Below are positions 42,486 through 56,784 of a stretch of 64,000 nt of DNA, in pieces. The stretch comes from the human T2T-CHM13v2.0 reference genome, Homo sapiens. Position 1 is the first letter of the stretch; every line of letters starts with the position of its first letter. Location: NCBI RefSeq assembly GCF_009914755.1, contig NC_060935.1; one strand, given 5' to 3'. The notes beneath the pieces are model-generated. The model had not been told where the DNA came from. It searched no databases and worked only from the letters and a program-made list of their open reading frames with translations. The translations under genes and the position numbers were made by a program.

Positions 42486-43998
42486 TTGTAAACTGTTAGA
42501 AACACTAAGTCAGAGGGTAGTTGAGCTTACTTTTGTGCGCTTTCCAGAAACCTTAGGCATAATTAATAATTTGGCTATTTCATTGCTGCCAAGCAACCAA
42601 AAATCTACTTAGATCACTCATTCCCCCCCCCACCGACATTTTTTCAATGTCACATTTGCCACACAATTCTGCAGATTATAGCTTTGGTGAAGTTAACATA
42701 TTATCCTCAAGGTAACATCTTGTTGATGTTACATCATATTTGTATTTCTTTGTGTTTTATTACGTGTGATCAGCTTTTCAACGTTTTTAATTTTTTTTAT
42801 TGCAAAAGGAAAGACAGACATATTTAAGTGGGATTTATGCTTCTTGTAGTATTTTGAGAACATATGGTTTTTGGTGGGGTCAGTCATGCAGGGGAAATTT
42901 CCCAAAGTGAGGATTGATAACAATGCTAATTCTGTGGAGTCTGGAATTAATCCATTCATTCATTTTCTTCAGAAAACATTTATTAAGCACTGATGTGCAT
43001 CTTATTTTGTGTATACGAAGGTGTGGGTCATATTCTTAAATAACTAATAACCTGTAAGGAAAGAATAGTGTTAACTGGGTAGTATCAAGCGGTGTTTACT
43101 GTGGTAGTATCAAAAACTTTGCTTGAAACCAGCTGGGTATAAAATGCATGGTGTTTTCAAAAGGTCTCCTGTTAATATATGTACATAAATCCTTTTTTTC
43201 TTCTGCATTTTAAAGAGTTATGGATTGCTGAAGAAAATGGAGCACCTATGGTAAATCCAAGGAATATATCAATTATTTGTTTTTTGGGTGCCGGGGACAG
43301 ATAATTAAAGGTAGACATGAAATACCGAAGTGTGCTCAGTTGAGTGTTTATACAGTCATAGTTTAAACTGATATACACTCCACTGATACAGGGTACAGGG
43401 AGATGATCTCGTCAGAGAATCGGACTGATAGACTGATTATCTTTTTTATTTTTTGGATGTGCATGCGTAGTCTTTTCCCAGGGATAGTCTCTGAAGATGA
43501 GAATTTAGCATTGTGAGAAAAACAAATACAAGAGCTTGAAATAGAAGACCATCTGAATCTAAAATGTAATACTTTTAATCCGTTCAGTCATCCTGATTAC
43601 TTTTCAAATAAACAGTTTTAATTCATTGAATCTACTTTTTAGCCTTAATTAAAATTCAAAAAAGTATGTTTCATAAAAATGTTGACCTAATAATCAATTT
43701 TCATATCCCTAATGGTTAAAATGTTAATGATATTAGAATGTATTAGGCTACATTAAAAATTGTATTTAAATTATGTTTAAATTACGTCTCTGGGTCCTCT
43801 TAGGTTCCTTGCTTTGTATATATAAGAAGGGTTTGTCACCTTTACTTGTTTAAGATGTTAGGATCATGAGTCTTAACTTTTTTTTGATGTGCTAAATATT
43901 GCATATTAATTTGATTTTCCCCAAGTATTAGAACATTCTTTTAAAAAAATCCAACAATCATATTTTAATTTTTTTTTCTAGATTTGTTTACCTACAAA

Positions 43999-44268
43999 AT
44001 GCTTCGGTATCCATATTTTTGTAGAATGTATAAAGAATGCCTTTCATGTTGGTTGGAATCTGGCATACCTAATTTAGGTGTCTGGCCAAAAAGAATACAT
44101 ACTACAGCAGAAAAATATAGAGAATATGAAGCCCGGGAGCAAACAGATCAAACTCAAGCCCAGGAGTTACACAGATCTCAAGATAGAGATTTTGAAACTA
44201 TGGCTAAATTACATATTCCAGTAATGGTGGATGAAGTTGTTCATTGTTTGTCACCACAAAAAGGACAG
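43999..44268 (+). CDS. METTL15: METTL15 first coding exon (codons 1-90; exon starts at 43982), mitochondrial 12S rRNA N4-methylcytidine methyltransferase
   Basis: MLRYPYFCRMYKECLSCWLESG...MAKLHIPVMVDEVVHCLSPQKGQ; HIPVM.DEV is the N-terminal RsmH/MraW motif; ttttctag acceptor at 43981 and CAG|GTGAGT donor. Confidence 0.96.
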
Positions 44269-44370
44269 GTGAGTTGAATTTTTATTTTTTAGCAAGTTTT
44301 TGTTGAGATAAAATTCACTTATTGTAATATTCATTATTTTAAGGTATACAATTCAGTGGCCTTTAGTATA

Positions 44371-44710
44371 CAGATGAATCCCAACTTTTGATGGTTGATG
44401 CGAAAGTGATACACATTCAGTAGAAATTGTACTTTTCAGTGCCATACAACCATGCTTTTTTTAACTTTCAGTACAATATTCATATAAGTTACATGAGATA
44501 GTCAATAACTTGATTATAAAATAGGCTCTGTGTTAGCTGATTTTGCCTAACTGTAGGGTAACGTAAGTGTTCTGAGCATGTTTAAGGTAGGTTAGACTAA
44601 GCTATGATGTTCGGTAGGTTAAGTACTTAAATGCATTTTTGACACATGGTGTTTTCAACTAATGAAGGGTTTGTCAGGACATAACCCCCTTGTAAGTTGA
44701 GGAGAATTTG
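44371..44710 (-). mobile_element. MER47A-like (Tigger family) MITE
   Basis: TA|CAGATG...taagttgaggagaatttg|TA; internal gtgttctgagcatgtttaaggtagg. Confidence 0.8.
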
Positions 44711-45118
44711 TATTGATAAGCTTATGACCACTGTTTAATTGAGGAATGTGTTTGTCATCCCAGTATGAAACCCCATTCCCATTAGTATTCACTCGCCATT
44801 GACATCCTTCCCCCAGCCCCTGACAACCACTAAGCTATTTTTTTTGTCTCTATGAATTTGCTTATTCCAGACATTTCATTTAAATGGATTCATAGATATG
44901 TGGCATTTTTTATCTGCCTTCTTTTACTCAGCATGTTTTCAGGGTTCTTCCATGGTGTTGCATGTATCTGTACTTGGTTCTTTTTTATTGCTGAATCATT
45001 GCATTGTATGGATATGCCACATTTTGTTTATCCGTTAACCAAATGATGAGCATTTATATTGTTTCTGCTTTGTGGCTATTGTGAATAATGCTACTACGAA
45101 CATTCGTGTACAAGTTTT

Positions 45119-45415
45119 CTTTTCTTTTTTTTGAAACAGAGTCTTGCTCTGTCACCTAAGCTGGAGTGCAGTGGTGTGATCTCGGCTCACTGCAACCCCC
45201 GCCTCCTGGGTTCAAGCGATTCTCTTGCCTGAGCCTCCCAAGTAGCTGAGACTATAGGTGAACACTACCGTGGCCGGCTAATTTTTGTATTTTTAGTAGA
45301 GATGGGGTTTCACCATGTTGGCCAGGCTGGTCATGAACTCCTGACCTCAGGTGATCCTCCTGCCTTGGCCTCCGAAAGTGTTGGGATTACAGGCTTGAGC
45401 CACCATGCCCGGCCT
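45119..45415 (-). mobile_element. Alu (AluS)
   Basis: Full dimer; TSD TGTACAAGTTTT on both sides. Confidence 0.93.
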
Positions 45416-45759
45416 TGTACAAGTTTTGGTATGTACATATGTTTTCAGTTCTCTTGGGTATATATATCTAGGAGTGGAATTCCTCTAGGCTTAACTTTTT
45501 GAGGCTGTGACAAACTGTTTCTCAGAGTTGATTGGTTTTGTCAAATTACGGTCTTAAAAGAAAAAGAACATTACACTGGCTGAGTGGTTAGGGTATGAAA
45601 ACTGAATCCAGTAGAGCTTCTTGAGAATTTTATTTCATAATCCTTTCAGGAATGGCTGGAGACAAAGATATGAATCTGAATTCCTTTTCCTGTTTTCTAA
45701 GCCTTGGTTTTCAACTACCCTGAAGTATTAGAGTTCCCCAGAGAATCAAAACCAACAGA

Positions 45760-46505
<746 letters not shown>

Positions 46506-46506
<1 letters not shown>

Positions 46507-46587
46507 TGTGTGTGTGTGTATACCCATACACATATATATGTGTGTATATATATACACATACATATATGCATGTATACACAGACACAC

Positions 46588-46632
<45 letters not shown>
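46506..46632. repeat. Compound (TG)n/(TA)n/(CA)n microsatellite
   Basis: Directly visible; explains the low-complexity ORFs at 46366-46776. Confidence 0.95.
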
Positions 46633-46633
<1 letters not shown>

Positions 46634-47427
46634 CCCTACCGATTTTGGATTTACCAGTGCACCACAATCTCCTAAGCCAATTCCTTAACATAAGTCTCTC
46701 TCTTTATAGAAAGAGAGGATTAAAGGATTACATAAGATCTTTCATTATGACCTTATATCATAATCTAGATATTTAATTTAGATTAAATTAAATAAGGTCT
46801 TAGATTATTATTTAAAGTCATAATCTAAGACCTTCTTTAATCCTGCCATGAATACTGTAAGGTAGGTATGATCTCTTTAAAGCAATGTAAAAAATGTTGG
46901 TTGATATAATATTGAAAACGAAAAAGCTAGAAACTTTCTGATATGTATATTCATTCACAAGAGAAAAAAGTATTGTAGATTGTCTTCAATTTTTAAAGAT
47001 AATTTAATGCTTATATTTCTTAGTGTACTGACTTCAGAAATGTGATCCCTTATTCTAGAAGCTACTGTTTTTATCTAAATCAGTTATTTTTATATCTTTC
47101 TTCTTTTTCCAACATACTGCTTAGTGGTTAAGAGCAAAGATTCTGGAACTGGACTGCCTAGGTTCTAAGCTCTTGTCTAGGAAACATGTGCATGTGTGCA
47201 CACACCCAGCTTTTCTTTTTTCTGAAACTTTTTCATGTTGGATCAGGCAGTTTTCATGAACTAAATTTAAGCTATATGTATAAGGTGTACTACAATGGCT
47301 AGATGTTGCTCATACAAAAGCCATCAGTGATATGATGTGGGTTCTTCATAAAAATATTATTTACCTTCTCCTCAGGCAGTATACACAGGCAAGTTTACAC
47401 ACAAAATAAATCCAGCATTCTTTAAAA

Positions 47428-47600
47428 AATTTTTTTTTAAATTTTAATTGTTCTAGAGAGAGTCTGTCTCTGTTGTTGAGGCTGAAGTATGGTGATGTGA
47501 TCATAACTCACTGTAGTCTGGAACTCCTGGGCTCAGGTGATCCTTCCTGTCTCAGCTTCCTGAGTAGCTGGTCCTATGGGTGTGAGCTGCTGCACCCAGA
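47428..47600 (-). mobile_element. Old Alu monomer / partial AluJ
   Basis: gaactcctgggctcaggtgatcc...tcagcttcctgagtagctgg. Confidence 0.75.
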
Positions 47601-47860
47601 TAAACCCAGTATTCTTAAATGAATTTACGTGTATAAAGTATTTAGCTCAATGCTGTCATGTAGTGGGACTCCAAATATACATGAAAATGTAAATTAAAAT
47701 ATTAAATTGGATAAAACTTCTTGTTGAATGTGAGTGACTTCATCAAAATGAAATTCTCTTCGTGCTTTAAAAAGATCCATAATGCAGGGGTAACAATTAA
47801 AATCCATACATAAGTGTGAGTTTTAAAAAATGTATATTGAAATATATGTGATATTTGTTA

Positions 47861-47891
47861 GTGTGTGTATATATACATACATATATACACC

Positions 47892-47953
<62 letters not shown>
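47861..47953. repeat. (TA)n/(TG)n microsatellite
   Basis: About 19 uninterrupted TG units followed by a TA run. Confidence 0.95.
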
Positions 47954-47954
<1 letters not shown>

Positions 47955-48652
47955 GAAAGGATAGGGGCAGTTAGTAAAAATTGGAACCAAATTCAGTGGC
48001 TTGAACTTGACTTCTGAAACTAAAAACCGAAGCACATTGTATTAGTTTATTAAACCCTAGTAACAAAGCCAAATGCTTATGTTGCACTAAGCCATGGAGT
48101 AGAAAAACAAACAAAAACAAATTGCACTACATCTTCTAGCAAATCAGTATTGTATCCAACTATTTTCTAAAACCAAGTGGAATAAAATTAGATAATTCTA
48201 CAACTTGACCTACACTGCTGTTTCATTCTGTTCAAGTACCTACAAATGTAATGTTGGTTTATTTTGGCATTTTCCTTTTTCTGATTTGAGTTGGGTTTTC
48301 CAGTAACTTTTTATAAGAAGTTTAATGTTTTCAATGTTACTTCTAAAAACTTTCTTGTGAGGTACACTTAGAGACAATGTTATTTCTTACCTTTTCTGCT
48401 GTCTGGCAGACAGCTTTATTCACTATTCCCTTAATCTTCAAGTAATAAAGAACTGGTGACAGTCCTTGGACAGGAAAGGTCTTCATTTCGTCCATAATCC
48501 ATTATTTGCTTCTCTTCTTCCTGAGCCTTTTCCCCAAAATCATTTTCCTTTTCAAACTATGAGTCATACACTCACTTGCATCAGTCACTTACTTACTTAC
48601 TATTACCTTTTTCTGCATCACCTTCAATGATGAATTTACAGATGAAACTTTT

Positions 48653-48766
48653 TTTTGTTTTTTTGTTTTTTTTTGAGACGGAGTTTCGCTCTGTCGTCCA
48701 GGCTGGAGTACAGTGGCACAATCTCGGCTTACTGCAAGCTCCACCTCGCAGGTTCACTCCATTCTC
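48653..48766 (-). mobile_element. 5'-truncated AluY (~115 bp)
   Basis: Right-arm 3' part only; perfect 14-bp TSD CAGATGAAACTTTT (48639-48652, 48767-48780). Confidence 0.9.
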
Positions 48767-49404
48767 CAGATGAAACTTTTGATGTAACAGGAACTTTAAA
48801 AAATATCTGAATGTATTTGAAGTGAGGTGCAAGGCATTTTATAGTTCTTTTTTCTTTAATGCTTGAAAGGTGCTCACCTAAAGAAAATAGTGATTTTGGG
48901 AATTTCTTTAGCATCATAGCTAGTTTACTACCTATGTAGTTTACTACAGATTTGTTTTTCAAATACACTTAAAATATTTACTAGTTTTAATTACGAGAAA
49001 AATATCCTCTTTCTCTTGGAAGGTATTTAAAATTTTAATTGTTAAGGAGAAATTAAAGAAATTGTAATTATTTCTCCCTGCTTAGTTTGCATCATTTCAT
49101 ATTCTAGGTGAATAACTTTTTGTGAAAATGTATTATCCTAAGAACTTTTTTTTTTCTCCTGGAGATATTTTAGTCTGGGCTAATAGATTAACTTTTTATT
49201 CTTGATTTCTGAAAACTGGAGAAAAAAAAGTTTGGTTATTTTCTAAATAGCTAAATTCTGCTTAGTTTAAGATGGTAGCAGTTTGGAGAGTATAGGAAAC
49301 CTGATACTCTTGCCCCAGTAGTAGTGCTAATTTAGCTTGGTGCCTTGGGGCTTCTTTGAGTGTTATTATAAGGGTACAAGTACCCCACTAGTACAAGTAG
49401 CTGT

Positions 49405-50005
49405 GCAGTTTGGTCAATTAACTTTCCATGGTTGTGCCTCAGATTCCTTATCTGTAAAATAAGGAAAGAGAACCTATCTCACTCCTGGTTACTGTAAGGA
49501 TTAGATGAGTTAATATACATAAATTGTTTAGAATTGTATCTTCCAAGTAGTTGAGCCCAATAAACATTAGCTGTTACTATGGGAATAGAAAGAGTCAAAG
49601 TTGTTAGCTAGATTAAAAAAGAAATTCAGGAGAAAAATGCAAGGGGAGAGCAAAGGTGGAACCAACCTGTCTGGAACTGAAAAAGTACTGTTTCCTCTTT
49701 CTGGAACTCTCCTCATCTTCATCCTTCAGGCCTGGAGTCAGGTTTTACCTTTTTATGGGAACTTTTCATGAGCCTCCACAGAAGACAGGTATCCCAATTA
49801 TATATCATGTACTTTTCTTCATAGCAACTTAATAAGTCATAATTATAATTATGATGAGATTATTTGTTCAATATACACCTCTCTTAGTAGATTGCCCTCC
49901 ATGAAGCCATGGACATATTTGTCTTGCTTACCATTATATCTCTAGTGCTTAGCACAAGGCCTGCCACATGGTAGTTTTGTAATGATGTTTTAAGTGAATG
50001 AATAA
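49405..50005 (+). mobile_element. MIR followed by L2 3' end
   Basis: gtgcctcagattccttatctgtaaaat (MIR); tctagtgcttagcacaaggcctgccacatggtag...gaatgaat (L2). Confidence 0.7.
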
Positions 50006-50614
50006 AAGTCAAAGTAAACTAGAAGACAGATGTGAGGCACCAATAAGAGGAATGTCCCTTGGGTACTGAGGTAGCTTCTCTGGCTCAAGACTTTTATATA
50101 ATTTCAGCGTCAGTATGGCAGGCCAGGTCTGATCAAGTAACTGATCTGAAAAAACAGATACAAAGGCTGAGAAAATAAGCTGGCACCTAAACGGAAGCAA
50201 AATAGATTATGATGACAAATAGTTTAAATTTGCTAGGTTCGGTTATAAATATTTCAAAGTAAGTTTTTACCTATTTTAAGTTATAATGTTTAGTATTACT
50301 TTTTATAATTATTAGATTTTCTATAGTTATGGTACTAGCTTTGATAATTTTCTTTATTAAATGCATTATGCTCTGTACAATGGAATTTTCTTAAGATCAG
50401 TAGCAGTATTTTACTTGTTTTATTTAAAAATCTTTGCAATCTTTAATGGAGAGTAGACATCAAAGAGAAAAATACTAAAACTGTATGTTTGCTCTCTTTA
50501 AATATTGGAGGCTGATGACGGGAGTTTATTTTGTTTGACTCCAAATTGTTAAAGAGAAACTTTTCTAAGGAATAGGACCAATGGCATAGCACCTAGAGGG
50601 AGATATCTTTTTAA

Positions 50615-50906
<292 letters not shown>

Positions 50907-51520
50907 TTTTTTTTTTTTTTCTTCTTAAGAAAAAACTTAAAATTTCATATGAGATGGACTGTTGATGTTGTGTTTTCCCTCTGTTATTTTTTAAAATACA
51001 GGTTTCTTTGAAGCAAATTTTATTTTACATTGCATTCTTCCTTTGTTTGGAGAATGTTCTAAAAAATGTAGCACATTAAGTGGCCTTTGTATTAAAATAT
51101 CTTCTGAAATGTGACACTGCCAGTGCTGTTCTGGTAAAGGTTTAACACCTGGCTCTCTGGGGGTAAGGGGTGGTATGTGAATTAAAAAAAAACAAAAAAA
51201 AATCCTGATTTTAGTATTTGCAAATTTCCATGGGGTACGTTCCTGATGTCATGGAATGTAGATTTAGTCTCTGCCTATTTCTTCAACTTCTGTTTCCCTC
51301 TTCTTGAATTTTGTATCAATCACGATGCAGTTTTCCATACACTTTGTAGTATTTGATGCTTCTGTGCCCTTATACTTGCCCTTTTCCCTGTGACTTGTTG
51401 GTCTGAGAACATCTTGTTCATATTTCAGTATCTGGGTTTGTCAACTTATCCTTCTTAAAGTTTCTCTGCAAAGTTATTCACTCTTTCTTCTCTTGACTGC
51501 TTCAGAACCTTGTCCTTTTT

Positions 51521-51790
51521 TTCTCCTTTTTTCTTTTTTTAAATTTTAATGAGTACATAGCAGGTGTATGTATTTATAGGGCACATGAGCTGTCTCAACA
51601 CAGGCATTCAATGTGTGACAGTCACGTCAGGGTAAATGGGTCATCTGTCATCTCAAGCATTTATCATTTCTTTGTGCTCTGAACATTCCAATTATATTAT
51701 TTTAGTTATTTTAAAATGTACAATAAATTATTGTTGACTGTTACCCTGTTGTGCTTTTAAATAATCTTATTCATTCTACCTAACTATATT
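51521..51790 (-). mobile_element. Short L1MA 3' end inserted in an L2 remnant
   Basis: gagtacatagcaggtgtatgtatttatagggcacatgag signature; perfect 16-bp TSD GAACCTTGTCCTTTTT (51505-51520, 51791-51806). Confidence 0.85.
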
Positions 51791-52977
51791 GAACCTTGTC
51801 CTTTTTAAAATTATGGAGTGTATTACATTGTATTATAATTATTTCTTCATTGTTATTGATTGGAAACTTATTAAGAATAAAGACAATGTCTTTTTCTTCT
51901 TTGCTTCCCCAGCACCAGTATAGTGCTTGACTCTTAGTGGGAGGGCAATAAATATTTATTTTAACTGTAGTTGAACTGATGATTTATTAGTGTTATCAGT
52001 TGATTTAACTTAATTGGCTTTTTAATTTATGCACTGGGACCTGAGGAGAGTGCTGTCTTTGGGCCCTGTGCTATACAAAAATTTGTTGCTTCATTTGTGT
52101 AATAGATTTAGAAAGAAGAAATTTTGACACTTCTAATAAACCTTAAAAGGGTTTCAAAATATTCTTAACCTGAACTTTCCAACATAGCTATTAATGGTTT
52201 ATAACAGAACTTGAGAATGACAACATGTTATTAATATTATAGTACACATTTTAGAAGCGAATTATCTTTTTGAAGAAAACAATTTATTTTTCATATTTAT
52301 GGTTTTTAGAAATAGACAATTGTTTTATGATGATATCTTAAGCAAAATGAATATTGTTGCTTTATTTTACTGTTGAAGGTTCTATATTGAAGATTTTTTC
52401 TATGAAAACTTTTAAAGCATATCTTTGATATGTGTTTAAAAGTCTCATTAGTATTGGATTTTATGATAAGCTTTATGTTTATTATATGCAATATTTTAAG
52501 AGTGGCATGTTTATCTGTTATTTGGGATAAATGTAGCATTTATAGGTAACTCGCACTGCCTGGCAATGTGATGAATATTTTGCATGCTGTTGTTAAGGTA
52601 TTTAAAATCTTTAGGGAGTCAAAGTAAATGCAGAACTACTAGACAACAATTAAATGTTGAATTCTTATATTTGATCATTTAATAAATTGTATATGATATT
52701 TTTAGTTAATAAAAGTTATAGTTTATTAAAACTGTAATGTGTATTAACTCCATCTTACTCACTCAAAGTATCAAGTTTAGAAATTCCTCTTACAGAGTCT
52801 TGGTGTGAGGAGTGTGGGAATATGAATCCTACAGGTAAATTTAACATTTTTTTAAAATGAGAATGTTTATGGATTATATTTTTTATAAAATGCTTTGTTC
52901 ATATCATGTTATAAAATGTGAAAAACTGATGCAGAAATTAGTTTTCTTGGTTATCTCTTCAAATCCTAGTATATAGA

Positions 52978-52983
52978 TGTGTG

Positions 52984-53041
<58 letters not shown>
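52978..53041. repeat. (TG)n(TA)n microsatellite
   Basis: About 20 TG units. Confidence 0.95.
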
Positions 53042-56000
53042 GTCTTTTAGGTAAATGAGGTAGTTATGCCTAAAGTGTTACTTAATCTCTTTAACAGTTT
53101 TTTAGAGTTTTAGAAGTAAACATTATTTATAACTAAAATGAAAATAACATATTTTTTCATGCTTATTTTTTCCATAATGACGGGTTAACATTTAAAATAT
53201 TGTTTTTATATATATATGTATATAGGTGTGTATATATACATTTATGTATACATATAAGTAACTATATAATTAGGTTTTCATATTCAAATCTAATAATTAC
53301 AGTGTATATTGAATGTATAACTTTTTTTTAAAATTTGGCATTCATGAAAATATGCTTGTTTTTCTACCACTGAATTAATGCATTTTCATCATATATAATT
53401 CTCTTTATTTGAATTGTGAAGCAAATTATTACTAGGACATCAAATAATTAAGACCAACAACTTATTCAATTATTTTTCCTATCCAGTGGCTTTAAATTAT
53501 CTTTTTTCTAGTTGTTCTTTCTCATGGTCCCAAACTAATTCTTTGCTACTAAAATATAAGAATTAAGATAAAAAAATCAAGCTTCCAAGGTAATTAGAAA
53601 TTAGTTTTTAAAATTAACCAAAAAATTATGGTTTCATAGTTGATAAAAATGTTACACTCTCATGTTTAAAAATCAGACGTATGTACTGAATCCAAATTTT
53701 AAATTTGCTTAAGAGCCATTCTCCTGGTTCAGGAAATAGACATGACCCAGGCAGAAAACAGGTTCATTGTATATGAGAAGCTCATAGAAAGAAAAGGGAG
53801 AAACGAGTGAGGTTTTTCTGTTCCTAAAGCACATACACACGAGTCATCCTCAGTACTTGTTACTCTCTAGGTCAGCATTAGTCCCTGATCAATAGTCTAA
53901 TCATAGTTACTGCAAGAGTCTAGGCTTAGTGGCTCTGTCTTTTCCCATTGTTCCCCTAAGTTGCATGTTGTTTTATGAAGAGTGGTAGGAAGTGTACCTT
54001 GACCTTGTGATTCTCATAACATTTTATTTTACTCTTCTTCCACTGCCTTCTCCTCATGTAACAAACTACTGAGCTGAGGTGTAAGTAGCATACGTAAAAT
54101 GTTATTTTACAATAAACCAAGTTGCAAGGCCTTATGGTGACTCATCTTATAATGTTCTGTAAACTCTCTTTTTTCCTTTGTGGTCAGTTGCTAGTAGTTG
54201 TCCCCTTTGGGTGAAACAAATACCAGGAGGTAATATGCATTTAAATGTTTTATTTTTCTTGGTGAATATTGCTTTAGAAAGTATGTGCATTTTTTATAGC
54301 TACTTATTTTCTCTCTGTTGGTCTGTATAAACTATTTCCTTTGTTCTTCAATGTTTGAGATGTCATTTTATCAAATTACATGCTAATTTAGGCATATATT
54401 TTTTATCTTTGTCCTATTTGGCCTGTGTCATCTGTAATAGGTTTCTATATAATTAAATTTCAAGATAAAACTGAAATCTTTCTTTTGTTACATGTATTTT
54501 TCTTTCTGGCAAGCAAAAGAAGTAAACTGTGGATATTTAATATATTCATAAAGATGGAGAATTTCCCACTTGAGGCGAGTATACACTGGGAAGAAGATTA
54601 TTAATAATAACAACATAGAGTTGTATAAGATTTTACTGTTTATGAAGCACTTTTATATATTATTGACTGTGCTTTTCATTAATACTAATTTCAGTAGTGT
54701 TTTGTGCAAAGTATCATGTCAGATATGGAAAGAAGGACAGGAAATGTCTCTAATGCATATGTTTTACTGGAACCATATAGTAATAAATGACATTTTTTGG
54801 ACTTGAATGCTTCTAGCTAATAATCAGGTTATACAGTATGCTTTTTCCCCTCAAACCTAAGTGTTCTTATGTTCTAGAGGACACCCTAGAAGATCTTCAG
54901 AGCTTGTTATCAGGCCCCTTAATCCCTTAGGACAGCTATTTGGCCTAACGTTACTAGAGAATAGATCACTAGCCCCCTGAGCACTTGTGACTATGCCCAA
55001 GCTCAGTCATTTGGAGCACGTTATGCTGTTCTTGTCTTCATAACCCTCTGCAGAGGAGTGCAGACACATCTAATTGGCTAGCTCACTGAATTTTTCAGAG
55101 CTTGATCTCAGATTGATCTCTCACTCGTGCAAGGAAACCTTATATTTATAATGACAGTATCAGAAGATAAATTGCTCAAAGAAAGATATGGGATAAGCCA
55201 ACTAGAGCCATTAAGTGACTGAGGCTTAGAAATGAGGGTGGAGAGAAACTGTGGTGTTGAGGGAAATAAAAAACTGTAAGAGGATGACTTGAAGAAATGG
55301 AGTGTTAATACTAAAAAGGAAAGCAAAAACTCCATGAATTTCTGTCCTTTCTGTACGTTTTCCCTGCTTTCTCTAGCACCGAGGTACCATTAGTCTCTTG
55401 TCTATGGCTTTAATATTACTCTTAACTTTGTAGCAGAAATATGAAAGAATTAAAATTGACCTCAGTTTTATACCCCCTTATTTTAAATGACCTATATAAT
55501 GGTTATATGAATACTTTAATTTTTCTACCGGTATAGAATATCATCGCCAAGACAGTTTCTTCTTTGAGCAATACATATGAAACCAACATTTTTTAGTAGA
55601 AAAACTTGATTTTTCTCCAATTTAAAATTACCGAAATAGTGAACTACTTTTATGAATGAAAATGTAAGTAACTTCTCTTGCTAGGGCCTGTTTTAGAAGT
55701 TAAATACAGACAGGTTTTTCAGAAAATTGAGATAACTGTGAGAGAGGAATGTTGTAGAATGTTTTCTTGTTTTTGTACTTATTTTTGTAATATCATGTTA
55801 GTAATAGAAACCATCCAGATTTTTCTAAAGTTATTAAGCTTTCCCCTGAGGAGTTTAAAGGCATGATTGATAGCATATAAAATAAATACTTTTATTTCAA
55901 GATTTCTTCAGAGTAGGTATTAAAATTTCTTTGAGCAATTTATATCAGGGATATATCAGTTTTGTTTAAGGTAAGTATGCCTTCTGAAAGCCAGGAGTAA

Positions 56001-56784
56001 GTTGTGTAGGGTCAAATTCTCCATTTCCTGTGAAATCTGTGTATAGATTGACACTATTCTGGTTTGATTGTGCTGATGATATTATATCTGAGTTCTATGC
56101 AGTTGGATAAACGAGTATCCATCCAAAACTCTGAAATTTTGTTTCATTTTTTTTATTTCAGTGTATTCTATTCTGAATTTTGGAACCAAGCTAGCTGATT
56201 TTACACGTTTGATTTTATGATTACATATGGAAAAAAATCAAAACCGCAATGTTACAGGTCTCTCACACCTTTCACTGTACTTCTGTAATAAAGGGAATTA
56301 GAATAATTTATTGGTTAAATAAGGTAACTATAAACCAATTTTTAACAAATTTGATTTTGAGTTACGATGATTGCGTATTCCAGGTACAACTTAAATTGCT
56401 GTAACTGTTTTGTTAAGTTCTTTTTTGGATAAAAAATCTTCTAAAATCTTATTTTTCTGAAATGTAAACTTACCTTATAGTATATGCATCTTAATTAAAC
56501 TGTTCTTGATCGACTTAAGGTAGTAATTTTGAATATTTTTTGTTTCCGTATTCTACGCATCAGTGGAATTCTAAGTGACTTAATTCCTTATTTCTCCAAA
56601 TCCACACATGGCTATGTATTTTTGGGTGCCTTTATTTCTTTTCAGCTAGTGCTTATATCTTAGTATGCTCACTCCAGCAATTGAATCTTCTTGACGAAAT
56701 TTTCCAGTACATTTAATCTAAGCAAATTGGTGGGATTTTCTTGGTGAAAGTAGGTAGCACATTAAATCAGAAAACCTAGAGTAC

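Larger units (their letters stand above)
44280..45520 (-). mobile_element. L1MB-type remnant split by MER47 and Alu insertions
   Basis: Reverse L1M 3' motifs (ttgagataaaattcac, tgtatggatatgccacattttgtttatcc, ggctattgtgaataatgct) are collinear across the inserts. Confidence 0.75.

Noticed and set aside
44200-44202. METTL15 Met68 in optimal Kozak context (ACTATGG) as start of a presequence-less isoform
   Set aside because: Scanning would have to bypass Met1, Met10 (both with -3 A) and three out-of-frame ATGs; no support from sequence alone.
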